This document shows positions 48,779 to 59,066 of a stretch of DNA of 64,000 nt, one piece after another (within the stretch, counting starts at the first letter, position 1; each line of letters opens with the position of its first letter). The notes beneath the pieces were generated by a model, which saw only the letters and a program-made list of their open reading frames with translations, was not told the DNA's origin and made no database searches. The position numbers were made by a program, and so were the translations under genes. The stretch covers positions 17,539 through 81,538 of the forward strand of contig JBGCFM010000029.1 in assembly GCA_045106895.1 (NCBI GenBank), given 5' to 3'. Source of the DNA: Polyangiales bacterium. Lineage in GTDB: Bacteria; Myxococcota_A; Polyangia; Polyangiales; Houyiibacteriaceae.

Positions 48779-49576
48779 ATGGAAACGTCCATTGTAGTGG
48801 GGGTCGGGCAGCTGGGAGGCGTCTTCGCCCACGGCCTCCTAAAAGCTGGTCAGAGCATCGTGCCTGTTCGTCGCGAGGACTCTCTCGCCGACCTTCATGG
48901 GGAAGTCGACCCGAGTCTGGTTCTCATCGCCGTCGGCGAAGGCGACCTTCATGGCGTCCTGCCTCAGGTTCCGGAGGACTGGCGCCGACGGACTGCGCTG
49001 ATTCAAAACGAGCTGTTGCCGGGCAGTTGGTCGGCGCTGGGCGACGCCGAGCCTACCGTCGCCGTGGTCTGGTTTGAGAAGAAGGCACCCATCGCGCCGC
49101 GTGTGATCCGCTCCACGCCCATCGCAGGGCCTCACGCGGAACTCCTGGTGAGTGCCCTCGCTTCCCTCGATATTTCCGCCGAGGTCATCGATGCCGGCGC
49201 GTTGCCTGCGGCGCTTGTCCTGAAGAACCTCTACATCCTCACCTCCAACGTCGCAGGACGCGGGGCGCCAAAGGGCGCGACCACGGGGCATCTGTGGACC
49301 GAGGACCGACAACGGACGCAAGGCATCGCTGAAGATGTGCTCACGCTCCAAAAGGCCATGCTGAATGCGAGTGGACACGCCGCCGCCGCCGCCGCCCTCG
49401 ACGACGATGCGCTGATGCGCGAGCTTGGCGAGACACTGATGGCGGATCCGGACCACGGGGCGTGCGGCCGGAGTGCTCCGGCGCGGCATCAACGTGCCCT
49501 CGACCAAGCCCAGACCCACGGGCTGACTCTCACCGCGCTCGCTGGAGCGCGAGTCCTCACCGAAGGGAAGTCCTGA
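48779..49576 (+). CDS. Hypothetical Rossmann-fold protein (ketopantoate reductase-like)
   Basis: VVGVGQLG, IQNELLP, KNLYILTSN. Confidence 0.65.
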   Translation: METSIVVGVGQLGGVFAHGLLKAGQSIVPVRREDSLADLHGEVDPSLVLIAVGEGDLHGVLPQVPEDWRRRTALIQNELLPGSWSALGDAEPTVAVVWFEKKAPIAPRVIRSTPIAGPHAELLVSALASLDISAEVIDAGALPAALVLKNLYILTSNVAGRGAPKGATTGHLWTEDRQRTQGIAEDVLTLQKAMLNASGHAAAAAALDDDALMRELGETLMADPDHGACGRSAPARHQRALDQAQTHGLTLTALAGARVLTEGKS

Positions 49577-50157
49577 TGGAACTGAAACGTGTTGCTGTGT
49601 ATTGCGCCTCTAGCGCGTCGATGGACCCCGTCTACAACGAGGCCGCCAAAGAGGTGGGCCGCACGTTGGCGGAGCGCGGTCTGGGGTTGGTCTACGGCGG
49701 CGGAAACGTCGGTCTCATGGGGCTCTGCGCCGATGCGGCGCTCGAGGCTGGCGGCGAGGTCATCGGTGTGATCCCGCAGAAAATCGTGGACCTCGAACGT
49801 GCTCACCAAGGACTGACCGAGCTCCTCGTCGTCGACAGCATGCACGCGCGGAAGATGATGCTGGCGTCGCTGTCGTCAGCCTGCGGCATCCTGCCGGGCG
49901 GCTTTGGCACCCTCGACGAGCTCTTCGAGGTCCTGACGTGGAATCAGCTCGGCTACCACCGCAAACCCGTGGGGCTCTTCAACGTGGAGGGCTACTACGA
50001 CTCGCTCTTGAGCTTCCTGGACAGCGCCACGGAGCGCAAAGGGATCCAGCCCACCACGCGTGAGCTTCTTCTCGACGATGGCAACGTCGGCAGTCTCCTC
50101 GATCGTTTCGCGGAGCTTCGGCTTCCAGCGCGTCCGAAGTGGATGGACAAAGTCTAA
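49576..50157 (+). CDS. LOG family nucleotide phosphoribohydrolase (TIGR00730)
   Basis: VYGGGNVGLMG, MHARK, PGGFGTLDE. Confidence 0.93.
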   Translation: MELKRVAVYCASSASMDPVYNEAAKEVGRTLAERGLGLVYGGGNVGLMGLCADAALEAGGEVIGVIPQKIVDLERAHQGLTELLVVDSMHARKMMLASLSSACGILPGGFGTLDELFEVLTWNQLGYHRKPVGLFNVEGYYDSLLSFLDSATERKGIQPTTRELLLDDGNVGSLLDRFAELRLPARPKWMDKV

Positions 50158-50178
50158 GGAACCGGGCCCAGCGCTCCA

Positions 50179-50215
50179 CGAAAAAAAGCTCTCCGAAACC
50201 GGAGAGCTTTTTTCG
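50179..50215. terminator. Bidirectional intrinsic terminator
   Basis: AAAAAAAGCTCTCC-GAAACC-GGAGAGCTTTTTT between convergent genes. Confidence 0.9.
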
Positions 50216-50255
50216 TTGAGACCCTGTCGTTCAGGGTCTCAGGGACGGCAGGGTA

Positions 50256-52010
50256 TCAGGGGCGGCAGAAGTGGTGACGCTCAGGGTTGCGGCGGAACTC
50301 TTCCGTCTCAAGCTCGCTGCAGTTGGCGCGCATGGCCCGCTTGAGTGCGTCGATTTCGTCCCAGGTGAGAGCCATCGAGTCGTACACGATGTCGAAGGAG
50401 GTTCCGCTCTCGACGTCGGCCATCAGGTCGTTGTAGAGGGCCATTCCGTTGTCGCGGCCGGTGTCCCACATCGCGTTGAAGTTATCGACGAAGTTCTGCA
50501 CGACACCTGCGTATTGGTCGCCTCCGAGGACGACGACGTTCTCCATCGTGGCGTGCTCTGCGTTGTCCGAGAGGTTGTAGCTGCCGGTGACGAGGATGCT
50601 GTCGTCGATGAGGAAGTACTTGTGGTGCATCTGCGCGGCGTAGGAGTAATGCCAGCGGTAGCTGTAGTGCTTGATGCGGAGTTCGATTCCAGCCTGGAAG
50701 AACTCGTAGCCGTAGAGGAAGCCTCGGTCGTAGCAGTCCGCGATGCGTGTCTCGCTCGTGCCAGCATCCGTGATGCAGTCCTCGCGCTCGCTCACCTGGC
50801 GGTTGTGGCTGGAGGCGCTGATGAACTCTTGGCCGTCCGTGTAAACCTGAACCTCAAGGTCCGGGTTGTCATCGACGGCCTGGATGAGGGCGAGGGCGAC
50901 GGGGCGGCTTCGAAGGTGACCGGAAGCGATGCGAATGGAGCTCTCGGCGCTCTGAATGAGAGCGACAAGCTGGTCGGAGACCTCGTTCTCGCCGCGGTTC
51001 ACGCTGAACCCGTCGCCGTAGCGTGCGGAAGTGGTCGTGCGGAAGTTTGCGGAGGTGAAGAACGCGGCGGCGTCTTCGTCGTCCACCGCGGCGATGTCGG
51101 CGTCCGTGATGGCGTCGGTGTCGTAGCGAACGAAGCCCTCGCCGGCGTCAAAGTCCCGGCTGTGGGTCCAGAGGTGGTGGAACTCTTGCTCGTAGCGGAG
51201 GAGAAGCTCGGCGTGGGCGTGGAAGACCACGGTGTTCTCGTCGTAACGCGAGCCCGCGGAGTTGGACCAGTTGCCGCTGCCCGTCATAAGCACGCCGTCC
51301 GTGTTCGCTGCGTCGCCGCGCGGGCCGTCCACAATGACGTACTTGTGGTGCATGATCTTGTTGATGTAACGAACGTCGATGCCCATGTCTTCGAGGGACG
51401 CGCTCCGCGTTCCGATCGGGTCGCGTCGCTCTGCAAGCGCCGGATGGAAGATCATTCGCACCGAGATGCCGCGCTGAGCGGCCCGGCCGAGGGCGCTGAT
51501 GACCTGACTGTTGCTCATGCTGTACATCGCCACATCGATGCTCACTTCGGCGGCATCGATGAGCTCGACGGCGCGTGCGAGGTGGGTGCGGTCAAAGGCC
51601 TGCGGCGAGAAGATAGCTTCGACGTCGCCGACCGGGGTGTCCTCGCAGGTGACCATCTCGGTGAGCTGTCGGAGGGCGACGGGGCCCACGTAGGAAACGG
51701 AGTCGACGGCTTCGATGTCCGTGAAGAGCACGTCGTCGCTCGTGCCGTCGATCTCATCGGCGCCGCTTCGGGCCTTGATGATGTTGTTCGCGGCGCGGGT
51801 GTGGAGGCCACCGGCTCGAAGCGACTCGGAGGTCGTGTCGCTGTCGTTGACGAGGGCGACGACTTCGTTGAGCACGCAGTCGTCGTAGGTGAGCTCATCC
51901 GCCTTGCCGCTGCCAATGGCGTCCGCGTCGATGGCGTCCGGGGAGTCGATGCCTTGGTTGCAGGCGCCTGCGAGCGTGAGGGCAATCAGAAGGATGTTTC
52001 GCTTGAGCAT
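50256..52010 (-). CDS. Phospholipase D/Nuc-like lipoprotein with two HKD motifs and an N-terminal HhH-like domain
   Basis: Lipobox AGAC, GKAD; HHKYVIVD..GSGN and HHKYFLID..GSYN. Confidence 0.85.
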   Translation of the reverse strand: MLKRNILLIALTLAGACNQGIDSPDAIDADAIGSGKADELTYDDCVLNEVVALVNDSDTTSESLRAGGLHTRAANNIIKARSGADEIDGTSDDVLFTDIEAVDSVSYVGPVALRQLTEMVTCEDTPVGDVEAIFSPQAFDRTHLARAVELIDAAEVSIDVAMYSMSNSQVISALGRAAQRGISVRMIFHPALAERRDPIGTRSASLEDMGIDVRYINKIMHHKYVIVDGPRGDAANTDGVLMTGSGNWSNSAGSRYDENTVVFHAHAELLLRYEQEFHHLWTHSRDFDAGEGFVRYDTDAITDADIAAVDDEDAAAFFTSANFRTTTSARYGDGFSVNRGENEVSDQLVALIQSAESSIRIASGHLRSRPVALALIQAVDDNPDLEVQVYTDGQEFISASSHNRQVSEREDCITDAGTSETRIADCYDRGFLYGYEFFQAGIELRIKHYSYRWHYSYAAQMHHKYFLIDDSILVTGSYNLSDNAEHATMENVVVLGGDQYAGVVQNFVDNFNAMWDTGRDNGMALYNDLMADVESGTSFDIVYDSMALTWDEIDALKRAMRANCSELETEEFRRNPERHHFCRP

Positions 52011-52154
52011 GCCCCGTATGAAGCAAGGAACGATCCAACCCCTTTGTGCCAGGAAATGGTCAAAAACGCCGAAAACGGGCCGGTGGCGGGGGCTCTTCAG
52101 TTAGCCACCCAGGTGGGGAGTCGAAACTCCACTGACCACCAAGGTTGCTAGCGC

Positions 52155-52703
52155 CTAAGGCGCCGCCTGCCAGATTCCGAGGCCCGCTTCCCGTGCTTCG
52201 TCGGCCAGACGGGCGAATTCGTCGGCAAAGTGCACGTTTGGCGGGACTGTGACGGGCCTCGCCCATCCAAGGCGCACCATCTCGGCGTTGATGAAAGTCC
52301 CGTCGGAGTTCTCGATGTAGCCAAGGAGCCGGCCGTAGCGGTCGCGTTCACCGACATCGAGGCGCAGCGTGACCTCCGTATCGCGGACCAGGGCGCGCAA
52401 CGCTTCGGTGGCTTCGCCGGAGAAAGGCTGCTCTCCACGTGGGGACTGGGCGGTTTCGGGCGTGTCGATTCCAATGAGTCGCAAGCGGTCGGGCCGTCCG
52501 CCGCGCATGATGACAACCGTGTCACCGTCCGTGATGTGCATGACGGTGACGGTCTCGCCCTCACCAAGTTCTCCAAGTTCGGCGGCTGGAGGAACGTTTC
52601 CTGGCTCCGGCGCGGTTTGGCTGGCGACCTCTTCGGTCACGGGCGCGTTGCAGGCGGAAAAGAGCACTGCGAGGCCGAGAGAGAGAAGGCGAAACGTCTG
52701 CAT
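52155..52703 (-). CDS. Thermonuclease (SNase) lipoprotein
   Basis: Lipobox FSAC; DGDT, RLIGIDTPE, DRYGRLLGY, AREAGLGIW. Confidence 0.93.
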   Translation of the reverse strand: MQTFRLLSLGLAVLFSACNAPVTEEVASQTAPEPGNVPPAAELGELGEGETVTVMHITDGDTVVIMRGGRPDRLRLIGIDTPETAQSPRGEQPFSGEATEALRALVRDTEVTLRLDVGERDRYGRLLGYIENSDGTFINAEMVRLGWARPVTVPPNVHFADEFARLADEAREAGLGIWQAAP

Positions 52704-52783
52704 GAGCGCGTTATAGCGTCGCGCCGGCCCCCGTCGAGTCCCATCCACGTGCTGCCGGCGGCGGAGGATGCTAAATCGCCCGC

Positions 52784-53968
52784 GTGAATCCCGAGTACCG
52801 AAGCGAACTCAACAAAGCCGTGGCCGTGGCCGCGCCTGGTGAGTTTAAGCCACTCAAGATCGGCCCCATGCAGCCCTCCGCGCCTGTGGTGTTGGCGCCG
52901 ATGGCTGGGGTGACGAACTGGCCCTTCCGCACGATCTGTCGCTCCTTTGGCGCGGGCCTCTTTGTGAGCGAGATGATCACGGCGCGCCCCCTCGTCGAAG
53001 GAAACGAAAAGACACTCAAGCTCGCGGACTTTGGCGCGGAGGAGTCGCCCCGAAGCCTCCAGCTCTATGGTGTCGATCCCCACTACGTCGGCGAAGCCGT
53101 AAAACGCCTAGTGGGCGAAGGTCGCGTCGACCACATCGACATGAACTTCGGCTGCCCCGTTCGTAAGGTGACCCGCAAAGGCGGCGGCTCGGCGATTCCT
53201 GCAAGGCCGCGCCTGCTCCAGAACATCGTGCGTGCGGCGGTCTCCAACTCAGGCGACGTCCCCGTCACCATCAAGTTCCGAATGGGCATCGACGAGACGC
53301 TCATGACCTATCTCGATGCCGGTCATATCGGTCAAGAAGAGGGGTGCGCAGCCGTCGCGCTCCACGCTCGAACCGCCGCTCAGCTCTACGACGGCGAAGC
53401 CCGCTGGGAGTCCATCGCTCATCTGAAGAGCGAAGTCAGCATTCCTGTTCTGGGGAACGGCGACATCTGGGAGGCCTGGGATGCTCTGCGGATGATGCGT
53501 GAGACGAAGTGCGATGGCGTCGTCGTGGGTCGTGGTTGTTTGGGCCGCCCCTGGCTCTTTCGAGATCTTGCGGATGTGTTTGCCGGACGCGAGCCCCAAG
53601 ACCCTCCTCGCTTCGCCGAGGTCGCGGCCATCATGAAGGACCACGCCGAGCGACTCCGTGAGTGGATCGGTGAGGCGAGGGCGATGCGTGGGTTCCGGCG
53701 TCACTGCAGCTGGTACACGAAGGGCTTCCGCCGAAGTTCTCAGGCGCGTCAGCAGCTGATGCGGGTCCAGACCATCGACGAGATGATCGAGGTCCTCAAG
53801 CCCATGATCGACGCCGATGAGCCCTTTCCGCCTAGCGCGATGCGAGTAAAACGCGGGAAGACCTCGGGAACGCAGAAGGTCCACTTGCCCGAAGGGTTCC
53901 TCGAAGGCCGCCTCACGGATATGACGGTGCCCGACGCCGAAGCAGGCCTCATGCACTCGGGGGGCTAG
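52784..53968 (+). CDS. dusB: tRNA-dihydrouridine synthase B
   Basis: LAPMAGVT, DMNFGCPVRKV, HARTA, GNGDI. Confidence 0.93.
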   Translation: MNPEYRSELNKAVAVAAPGEFKPLKIGPMQPSAPVVLAPMAGVTNWPFRTICRSFGAGLFVSEMITARPLVEGNEKTLKLADFGAEESPRSLQLYGVDPHYVGEAVKRLVGEGRVDHIDMNFGCPVRKVTRKGGGSAIPARPRLLQNIVRAAVSNSGDVPVTIKFRMGIDETLMTYLDAGHIGQEEGCAAVALHARTAAQLYDGEARWESIAHLKSEVSIPVLGNGDIWEAWDALRMMRETKCDGVVVGRGCLGRPWLFRDLADVFAGREPQDPPRFAEVAAIMKDHAERLREWIGEARAMRGFRRHCSWYTKGFRRSSQARQQLMRVQTIDEMIEVLKPMIDADEPFPPSAMRVKRGKTSGTQKVHLPEGFLEGRLTDMTVPDAEAGLMHSGG

Positions 53969-54032
53969 GCCCGGCACGAGTGAGCGTCAGCAACCCTCGA
54001 CAATCGGCGCCGCCTCGAATAATGGTGAGGGC

Positions 54033-55166
54033 GTGAAACGCCGCGCAGCACTTGTTTTCGGGCTCCTCGTTCTCGTCCTCGGCTCCGCGGAGACGAGCCG
54101 CGTGGAGGCTCAGGAGGGCACAGACACGAGCGTCGATCGTCTCACGCTTCGTCCCGGCGAAGGCCTTCGTTTTCGCTCTGAGGATGGCCGCTATGGCGTC
54201 GGTGTCTCCGCGATGCTCCAGCTTTGGGGGACGGCGGCGGAGTCGACGGACGAGGTCATCTTTGGCGCGCAGGTACGCCGCGTTCGCCTCGGGTTCACCG
54301 GTCACGTCTTCGGTGAGGACAACAGGCTGACGTTGAGCGTGGGCACCCCGGGCGACGAGCGCCTCGACGGAATCCCCGATCCGGAGCGCGACTTTGGCGT
54401 CGTCGATGCATTCATCGGCTTCCATCAGCTCCGCGACTTTGAAGTTCGCGTGGGCCGGCAGCTCGTGCCGCTCCTGCGTTCCTGGATCACGCCCGCCACC
54501 GCGCTCGCTGCGCCGGAGCGAAGCCGTGGTGCTCGCCGATGGCATCGCGGACGCCGTCTGGGCATCAGCTTTGGGTCGGACGATTTTCTGGGAGTCGGAC
54601 GCATTCGTTATCGTGCGGGCGCCTTCCTCGGCGACCTTGGGTCCGGGCCACTCCCGTTAGGGCTTGTTGCACGCGCGGATGTCTCGATCCTTGGGAACGT
54701 GAACCTCAACGTCGACGGGGACCTCAGTCGCTCGCCGACGCCGCGTCTCTCATTGGGCGGCGGCTATATGTTCCTCCTCAACGAGGTTCCCCAAGGCGAC
54801 GCACTGGACCAGCAAGACGCCACCGCGGACCTCATTTTTCGCGTCTACGGGCTATCCCTCGAAGGCACGTTCCTTTGGACAAAGACGTCCGCGGCGAACG
54901 GGCAAGAGGCGCGTTCGGACATCGGCGGCGTGGCGACGGCCAGCTACCTGCTCCCTTGGGTCAACCTGGAGGCGAGTGTTCGCTACAGCGGCACAACCAC
55001 TGGCTTCGGTGACATGGAGGTGCTTGAGCACGAGTGGACTGGAGCGCTCTCCTACTACTTTGCCGGAGACCACAACTTCAAGCTCCAGGCTTCGGTGACG
55101 CACGATCACGTCGGCGACTCCGATGGATTCTTCTCTGGCATCTTAAGCCTGCAAGCGAACCTCTAG
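54033..55166 (+). CDS. Outer-membrane porin (phosphate-selective OprO/P-like)
   Basis: Signal peptide; RRVRLGFTG, DAFI, VRVGRQ, alternating beta strands, KLQ near C-terminus. Confidence 0.7.
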   Translation: MKRRAALVFGLLVLVLGSAETSRVEAQEGTDTSVDRLTLRPGEGLRFRSEDGRYGVGVSAMLQLWGTAAESTDEVIFGAQVRRVRLGFTGHVFGEDNRLTLSVGTPGDERLDGIPDPERDFGVVDAFIGFHQLRDFEVRVGRQLVPLLRSWITPATALAAPERSRGARRWHRGRRLGISFGSDDFLGVGRIRYRAGAFLGDLGSGPLPLGLVARADVSILGNVNLNVDGDLSRSPTPRLSLGGGYMFLLNEVPQGDALDQQDATADLIFRVYGLSLEGTFLWTKTSAANGQEARSDIGGVATASYLLPWVNLEASVRYSGTTTGFGDMEVLEHEWTGALSYYFAGDHNFKLQASVTHDHVGDSDGFFSGILSLQANL

Positions 55167-55174
55167 TCGTACGT

Positions 55175-56557
55175 CTAAGACGTCGTTCGCGCTCGCTTTC
55201 GTTCGATGCGTCCAAGGCGCTTTTCGCGTTCGATGTTGTCTTCCAGCGGCGCCGTGCGTTCGGCGAAGTGTCGCGCGAGTACGTAGTCCTTTCGGCGGTG
55301 TTCGTAGAACTTCGCGAGTTCAAAATGCACACGCGGGTCTGGGCCCACTTTCGTCGCTGCGAGGAGCGCGCGTTCTTGAGCGTCGAAGTCTTTTTCGCGC
55401 CTTGCCGTACGGGCCATCAGTAGAAACGCGTCAAAGCTGCACGCGTCGTCTCCTCCGCCGGCCGCGGCGGCGGTCGAAAACTCAGTGGCGCGCGCGCGGT
55501 CGCCGGCCTTCTCGGCGATGAGCGCGTATGAGAGGTGGTCGAGGGGGTCGTCTTCGCGCTGCACCTTTTTGAAGCGTCGAACGATTTCCCCCAAGAATGA
55601 GGCGAGGGCCACCAGGTCGTGTCCGTTGTGTTCGATGACTCCGTCGAGACGCCCTGGGTTGCCGCTGCGAAGAAAGGTCAGGTAGATGCCTGGGATCTCC
55701 GCGCCGCCGACGTCGTGCTCTCGCACCATGCCAAGGATCTCTTTTTCCATCTCCACGAGGCGCATGCTTCGCAGCCGGCGCTTGAAGGCACGCCGAGCAC
55801 AATGCAGCAGGTCGATATGCGGCGGAATCGGCGGCGTGGGCACTCGGTTCATGACGAAACGCGAACGCAGCAGCGGCCAGTCAAAGCTCTTGCCGTTGTA
55901 GCTCACGAGACAGCTTGAGGCGGCGATGCGTTCGGCCAGATTTCGGAGCATCGCGGGCTCGTCGCGTCGGCGGAGGAGCAGCATCTGTTCCACGCAAAGC
56001 GACTGGTCTTCGAAGAAGCCAATGCCGACGAGAAATGGAATCGTCCCAGCGCCGGTGCTCAGGCCCGTCGTCTCCGTGTCGATGAGGAGCATGCGCTTTA
56101 GATCGAGGTCCTTGAGCGTCGGGTCGAGGGCTAAGCGCGCGACGAGTTCGGACTCGGCGTCGAGGGCTGCGGCGACGGGTGCGCGTCCGTGGCAGTGCGC
56201 GGGTTCAAGCCACTGGCGTACGTAGTGAACGTGGCCGAAGGGCGTCTCTTCACCTTCGCCGGGGAGCACTCCGTCGGGTTCATCGGTGGCGAGTGCCGGC
56301 GCATCCCGTAGAAGTCGCGCGAGGATGTCTGAAGAGGAAGACGGAGGCTCCTTGGCGCGCGTCGTCGTGGCGCGTCCTGTGACCACCACGCGGTCGAGCT
56401 GCTTTTGAAGGGCGGCGATACGTGCGCTTCGCGCCGTCGGGGCGGCAGGCTGCTCCGCCGAGAGCGTGTCGCTGGGAGTTTGACCCCGCAGCGCCGGGGT
56501 GCTTCCGGGACCTGCGTTGCTGAGGCGAGCGAGCTTCTTCTGGAGGGACGAGACCAT
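55175..56557 (-). CDS. RNase H-like DEDD exonuclease with TPR (YprB/MrfB-like)
   Basis: IDTETTGL, SYNGKSFDWPLL, HIDLL, HNGHDL, LAKFYEHRRKD; TGATG coupling to the helicase. Confidence 0.88.
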   Translation of the reverse strand: MVSSLQKKLARLSNAGPGSTPALRGQTPSDTLSAEQPAAPTARSARIAALQKQLDRVVVTGRATTTRAKEPPSSSSDILARLLRDAPALATDEPDGVLPGEGEETPFGHVHYVRQWLEPAHCHGRAPVAAALDAESELVARLALDPTLKDLDLKRMLLIDTETTGLSTGAGTIPFLVGIGFFEDQSLCVEQMLLLRRRDEPAMLRNLAERIAASSCLVSYNGKSFDWPLLRSRFVMNRVPTPPIPPHIDLLHCARRAFKRRLRSMRLVEMEKEILGMVREHDVGGAEIPGIYLTFLRSGNPGRLDGVIEHNGHDLVALASFLGEIVRRFKKVQREDDPLDHLSYALIAEKAGDRARATEFSTAAAAGGGDDACSFDAFLLMARTARREKDFDAQERALLAATKVGPDPRVHFELAKFYEHRRKDYVLARHFAERTAPLEDNIEREKRLGRIERKRARTTS

Positions 56558-59043
56558 CAGTGCACGCGCGGGAGTCCGATGTGATCGAGGAACGCGAGGA
56601 GCACATCCCGTCGCGGCTTCGGCTGCACGCCAGGGACGCTCTGCGGGAGCCCCGCGTCGGGTCCAATGCACGCAGGGCAGCCAGCGCTGCATGGGCATCC
56701 TTCGACGAGGCGACGGGTTCGACGAAGCACGGCGTCTCGCTCATCGAAGAGGCGAGGGGCGAGGCCAATACCGCCGGCGACGTGGTCGTAGAGGAAGAGC
56801 GTCGGGTCGAAACCAGGACCGCCGCCGGTGGCGATGGGACCGTCGGGCGCGGAGCGGTCGCCGACGGCGCGGCCGAGGTCGCGCGGGTCCACCATGAGCG
56901 CCGTGGACGCCACAGTGTGCATGGCGCTGAGCATGCCGCGGAGGGCGTCGATGAGAGACGGGCGCGGCATCGGATTCTTCGCCAGAAACTCTGTCACGAG
57001 CTCTTCGGGAACGGTGATCCAAAAGGCGCTCGTGTGCATCTGCATCTCCGGCAAATGCACCTCGCCGTAGCCGACGTTTTCGTGGGAGTGGTATTTGATC
57101 TTCTTGTAGCCCACCACCTTCTCGACGACGGAGACCTCGCCGGACCCCGCGGCGATGACAGATTCAGCGCTCGCTCCAGCGCCTTCCGCAAAGTGAACCG
57201 GCACGACCTCGTCTTCTTCGAGAACGCTCACCTTCGTGTGCGTCATCGCCGTCGTGTAGTAGTCGGGCTTCACGCGGCGAACGAAGGCTTTGTGGTTCTC
57301 AAAGTCGAGGCGCTCCACCTGGTACTGCGCCGCATCGTGTTGGTAGATGGCTTGCTCGTGAAGCATCGTGTGTGTGCTGCGCCAGTCCATCTCCGCGATG
57401 GTTTTGTCCGTATCCACATCGATGATGACGAAGTTGTCCCAGCCGATGGATCGCAGGCTTACGCCGCTCGCGGGGTAGGCATCGCTCGCCCAATGAAAAA
57501 CAAGCGCACCGTTCCCGTCCGGCGCGTGATGTAGAAGGCCGTGGCCCGCCAGAAACTGCAGTGCGTCCGTGAGACTCTCCACGGGGAGGTCGCCGAAGAG
57601 ATCCGTTTGCTCGAAAGGCAGTTCAAAGGCCGCGCACTTCAAATGCTGGAGGAGGATCTCCACGTTGTCCGGGTCGATTCGCGCTTGTTCCACCGGCGTC
57701 GAGATGATCTGCCGAGGAGAGAGCGCGACGAACTGGTCGAGGGGGGCGCTCGAGGCGACCAAGACGTTGAGCGCCTGCTCTTCGCGTCGCCCGGCTCGCC
57801 CAAAACGCTGCCATAGCGCGGCCATGGTGCCTGGATAGCCCGCGCAGACCACGGCATCGAGGCTGCCGATGTCGATGCCAAGTTCCAGGGCGCTCGTCGA
57901 GACCACGCAGCGAATCTCGCCGCTGCGTAGACGCCGCTCGATGGCCCGCCGCTGCTTCGGAAGGTAGCCGCCGCGGTAGGCGTAGATGGCGTCCGCGTCG
58001 AGGTCGCCGCGGAGGCGGTCACGCATGTATTTGAGCATGACCTCGACGCCGTTGCGGCTTTGCCCAAAGAGCAAGGTGGGGACGTCCGCGCGAACAAGGT
58101 CCACGGCGATGCGCACGGCGCTCTTGAGGTAGCTCGCGCGAATGCCGAGCTCGGCGTTGACCACCGGTGGGTTGTAGACGAGCACCTTCTTCGGCCCCGT
58201 CGGAGCGCCGCTCTCGTCGACGACTTTGACTGGTCGCCCGATGATTCGGGAGGCGTGGGGGCCGGGGTTGCCGATGGTCGCGGACGCCATGATGAACGTT
58301 GGGTCGGCGCCGTGGAACTTCGCGATGCGCCGCAAACGCCGGATGACGTTGGCGAGGTGCGAGCCGAAGACCCCGCGGTACATGTGCACTTCGTCGATGA
58401 CGACGTAGCGGAGGTTGGAGAAGAGCCGCGCCCAGCTTGTGTGATGCGGGAGGATTCCTGCATGCAGCATGTCTGGGTTCGTGATGAGAACGCCGGCGCG
58501 CTCTTTGGCTGCTCGCCGAGCGTCACCGGGCGTGTCGCCGTCGAAGGTGATGGCTCCGCTGGGCAAGCCCGCGTCCTTCATGAAGATACGGAAGTTCTCT
58601 TCTTGGTCGCGGCTTAGGGCTTTCGTTGGAAACAAGAACATCGCCCTGGCGCCTTCGTCGGTGGCAAGGGCATGAAGAACGGGGAGAGCGTAGCAGAGGC
58701 TCTTCCCCGACGCGGTGGGCGTCGCCACCACGAAGTCCTCTTTCGCGAGGCCCATCTGCACGGCTTTGGCTTGGTGCGAGTAGAGCTCCGTGATGCCGCG
58801 TTTTCGGAGCGCTTCCTGAACGCAGGGGGCGAGGGCGCTGGGGATCTCGGCATAAGAGGGGGCCTTCGGCGGGAGCGTCTCGTCGAGGACGATGGATCGG
58901 CCCACGCCGCCCTCGCGCCACTCCTGAACCACCGCTTCGATGCCGCGAGCCTTGGCCCACGGGAGCCGGCGTGGCTTGTCGAAGGACTCTAAGTCCTTGT
59001 TTTTACTGGTAGAGTCTGGCGAGGTGGAGGTGGCGTTGCTCAT
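56557..59043 (-). CDS. DEAH helicase with DUF1998 (YprA/MrfA/Hrq1/SftH family)
   Basis: TPTASGKS, DEVHMYRGVFGS, SAT, ALELGIDIG, QRFGRAGR, LYD...GG.G, CPCSAGCPAC. Confidence 0.93.
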   Translation of the reverse strand: MSNATSTSPDSTSKNKDLESFDKPRRLPWAKARGIEAVVQEWREGGVGRSIVLDETLPPKAPSYAEIPSALAPCVQEALRKRGITELYSHQAKAVQMGLAKEDFVVATPTASGKSLCYALPVLHALATDEGARAMFLFPTKALSRDQEENFRIFMKDAGLPSGAITFDGDTPGDARRAAKERAGVLITNPDMLHAGILPHHTSWARLFSNLRYVVIDEVHMYRGVFGSHLANVIRRLRRIAKFHGADPTFIMASATIGNPGPHASRIIGRPVKVVDESGAPTGPKKVLVYNPPVVNAELGIRASYLKSAVRIAVDLVRADVPTLLFGQSRNGVEVMLKYMRDRLRGDLDADAIYAYRGGYLPKQRRAIERRLRSGEIRCVVSTSALELGIDIGSLDAVVCAGYPGTMAALWQRFGRAGRREEQALNVLVASSAPLDQFVALSPRQIISTPVEQARIDPDNVEILLQHLKCAAFELPFEQTDLFGDLPVESLTDALQFLAGHGLLHHAPDGNGALVFHWASDAYPASGVSLRSIGWDNFVIIDVDTDKTIAEMDWRSTHTMLHEQAIYQHDAAQYQVERLDFENHKAFVRRVKPDYYTTAMTHTKVSVLEEDEVVPVHFAEGAGASAESVIAAGSGEVSVVEKVVGYKKIKYHSHENVGYGEVHLPEMQMHTSAFWITVPEELVTEFLAKNPMPRPSLIDALRGMLSAMHTVASTALMVDPRDLGRAVGDRSAPDGPIATGGGPGFDPTLFLYDHVAGGIGLAPRLFDERDAVLRRTRRLVEGCPCSAGCPACIGPDAGLPQSVPGVQPKPRRDVLLAFLDHIGLPRVH

Positions 59044-59066
59044 GATGGGCTGCTTCGATGTCCAGG

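Noticed and set aside
52075..52150. tRNA/tmRNA-like T-arm (GGAGTTTCGACTCC on minus strand) and adjacent hairpins
   Set aside because: No cloverleaf, acceptor stem or CCA end; more likely 3' hairpins of the thermonuclease mRNA
56557..59043. DISARM/Druantia defence helicase (DUF1998)
   Set aside because: Single-chain helicase-DUF1998 paired with a YprB-like nuclease fits MrfAB repair; no drmA/C/D or adjacent methylase
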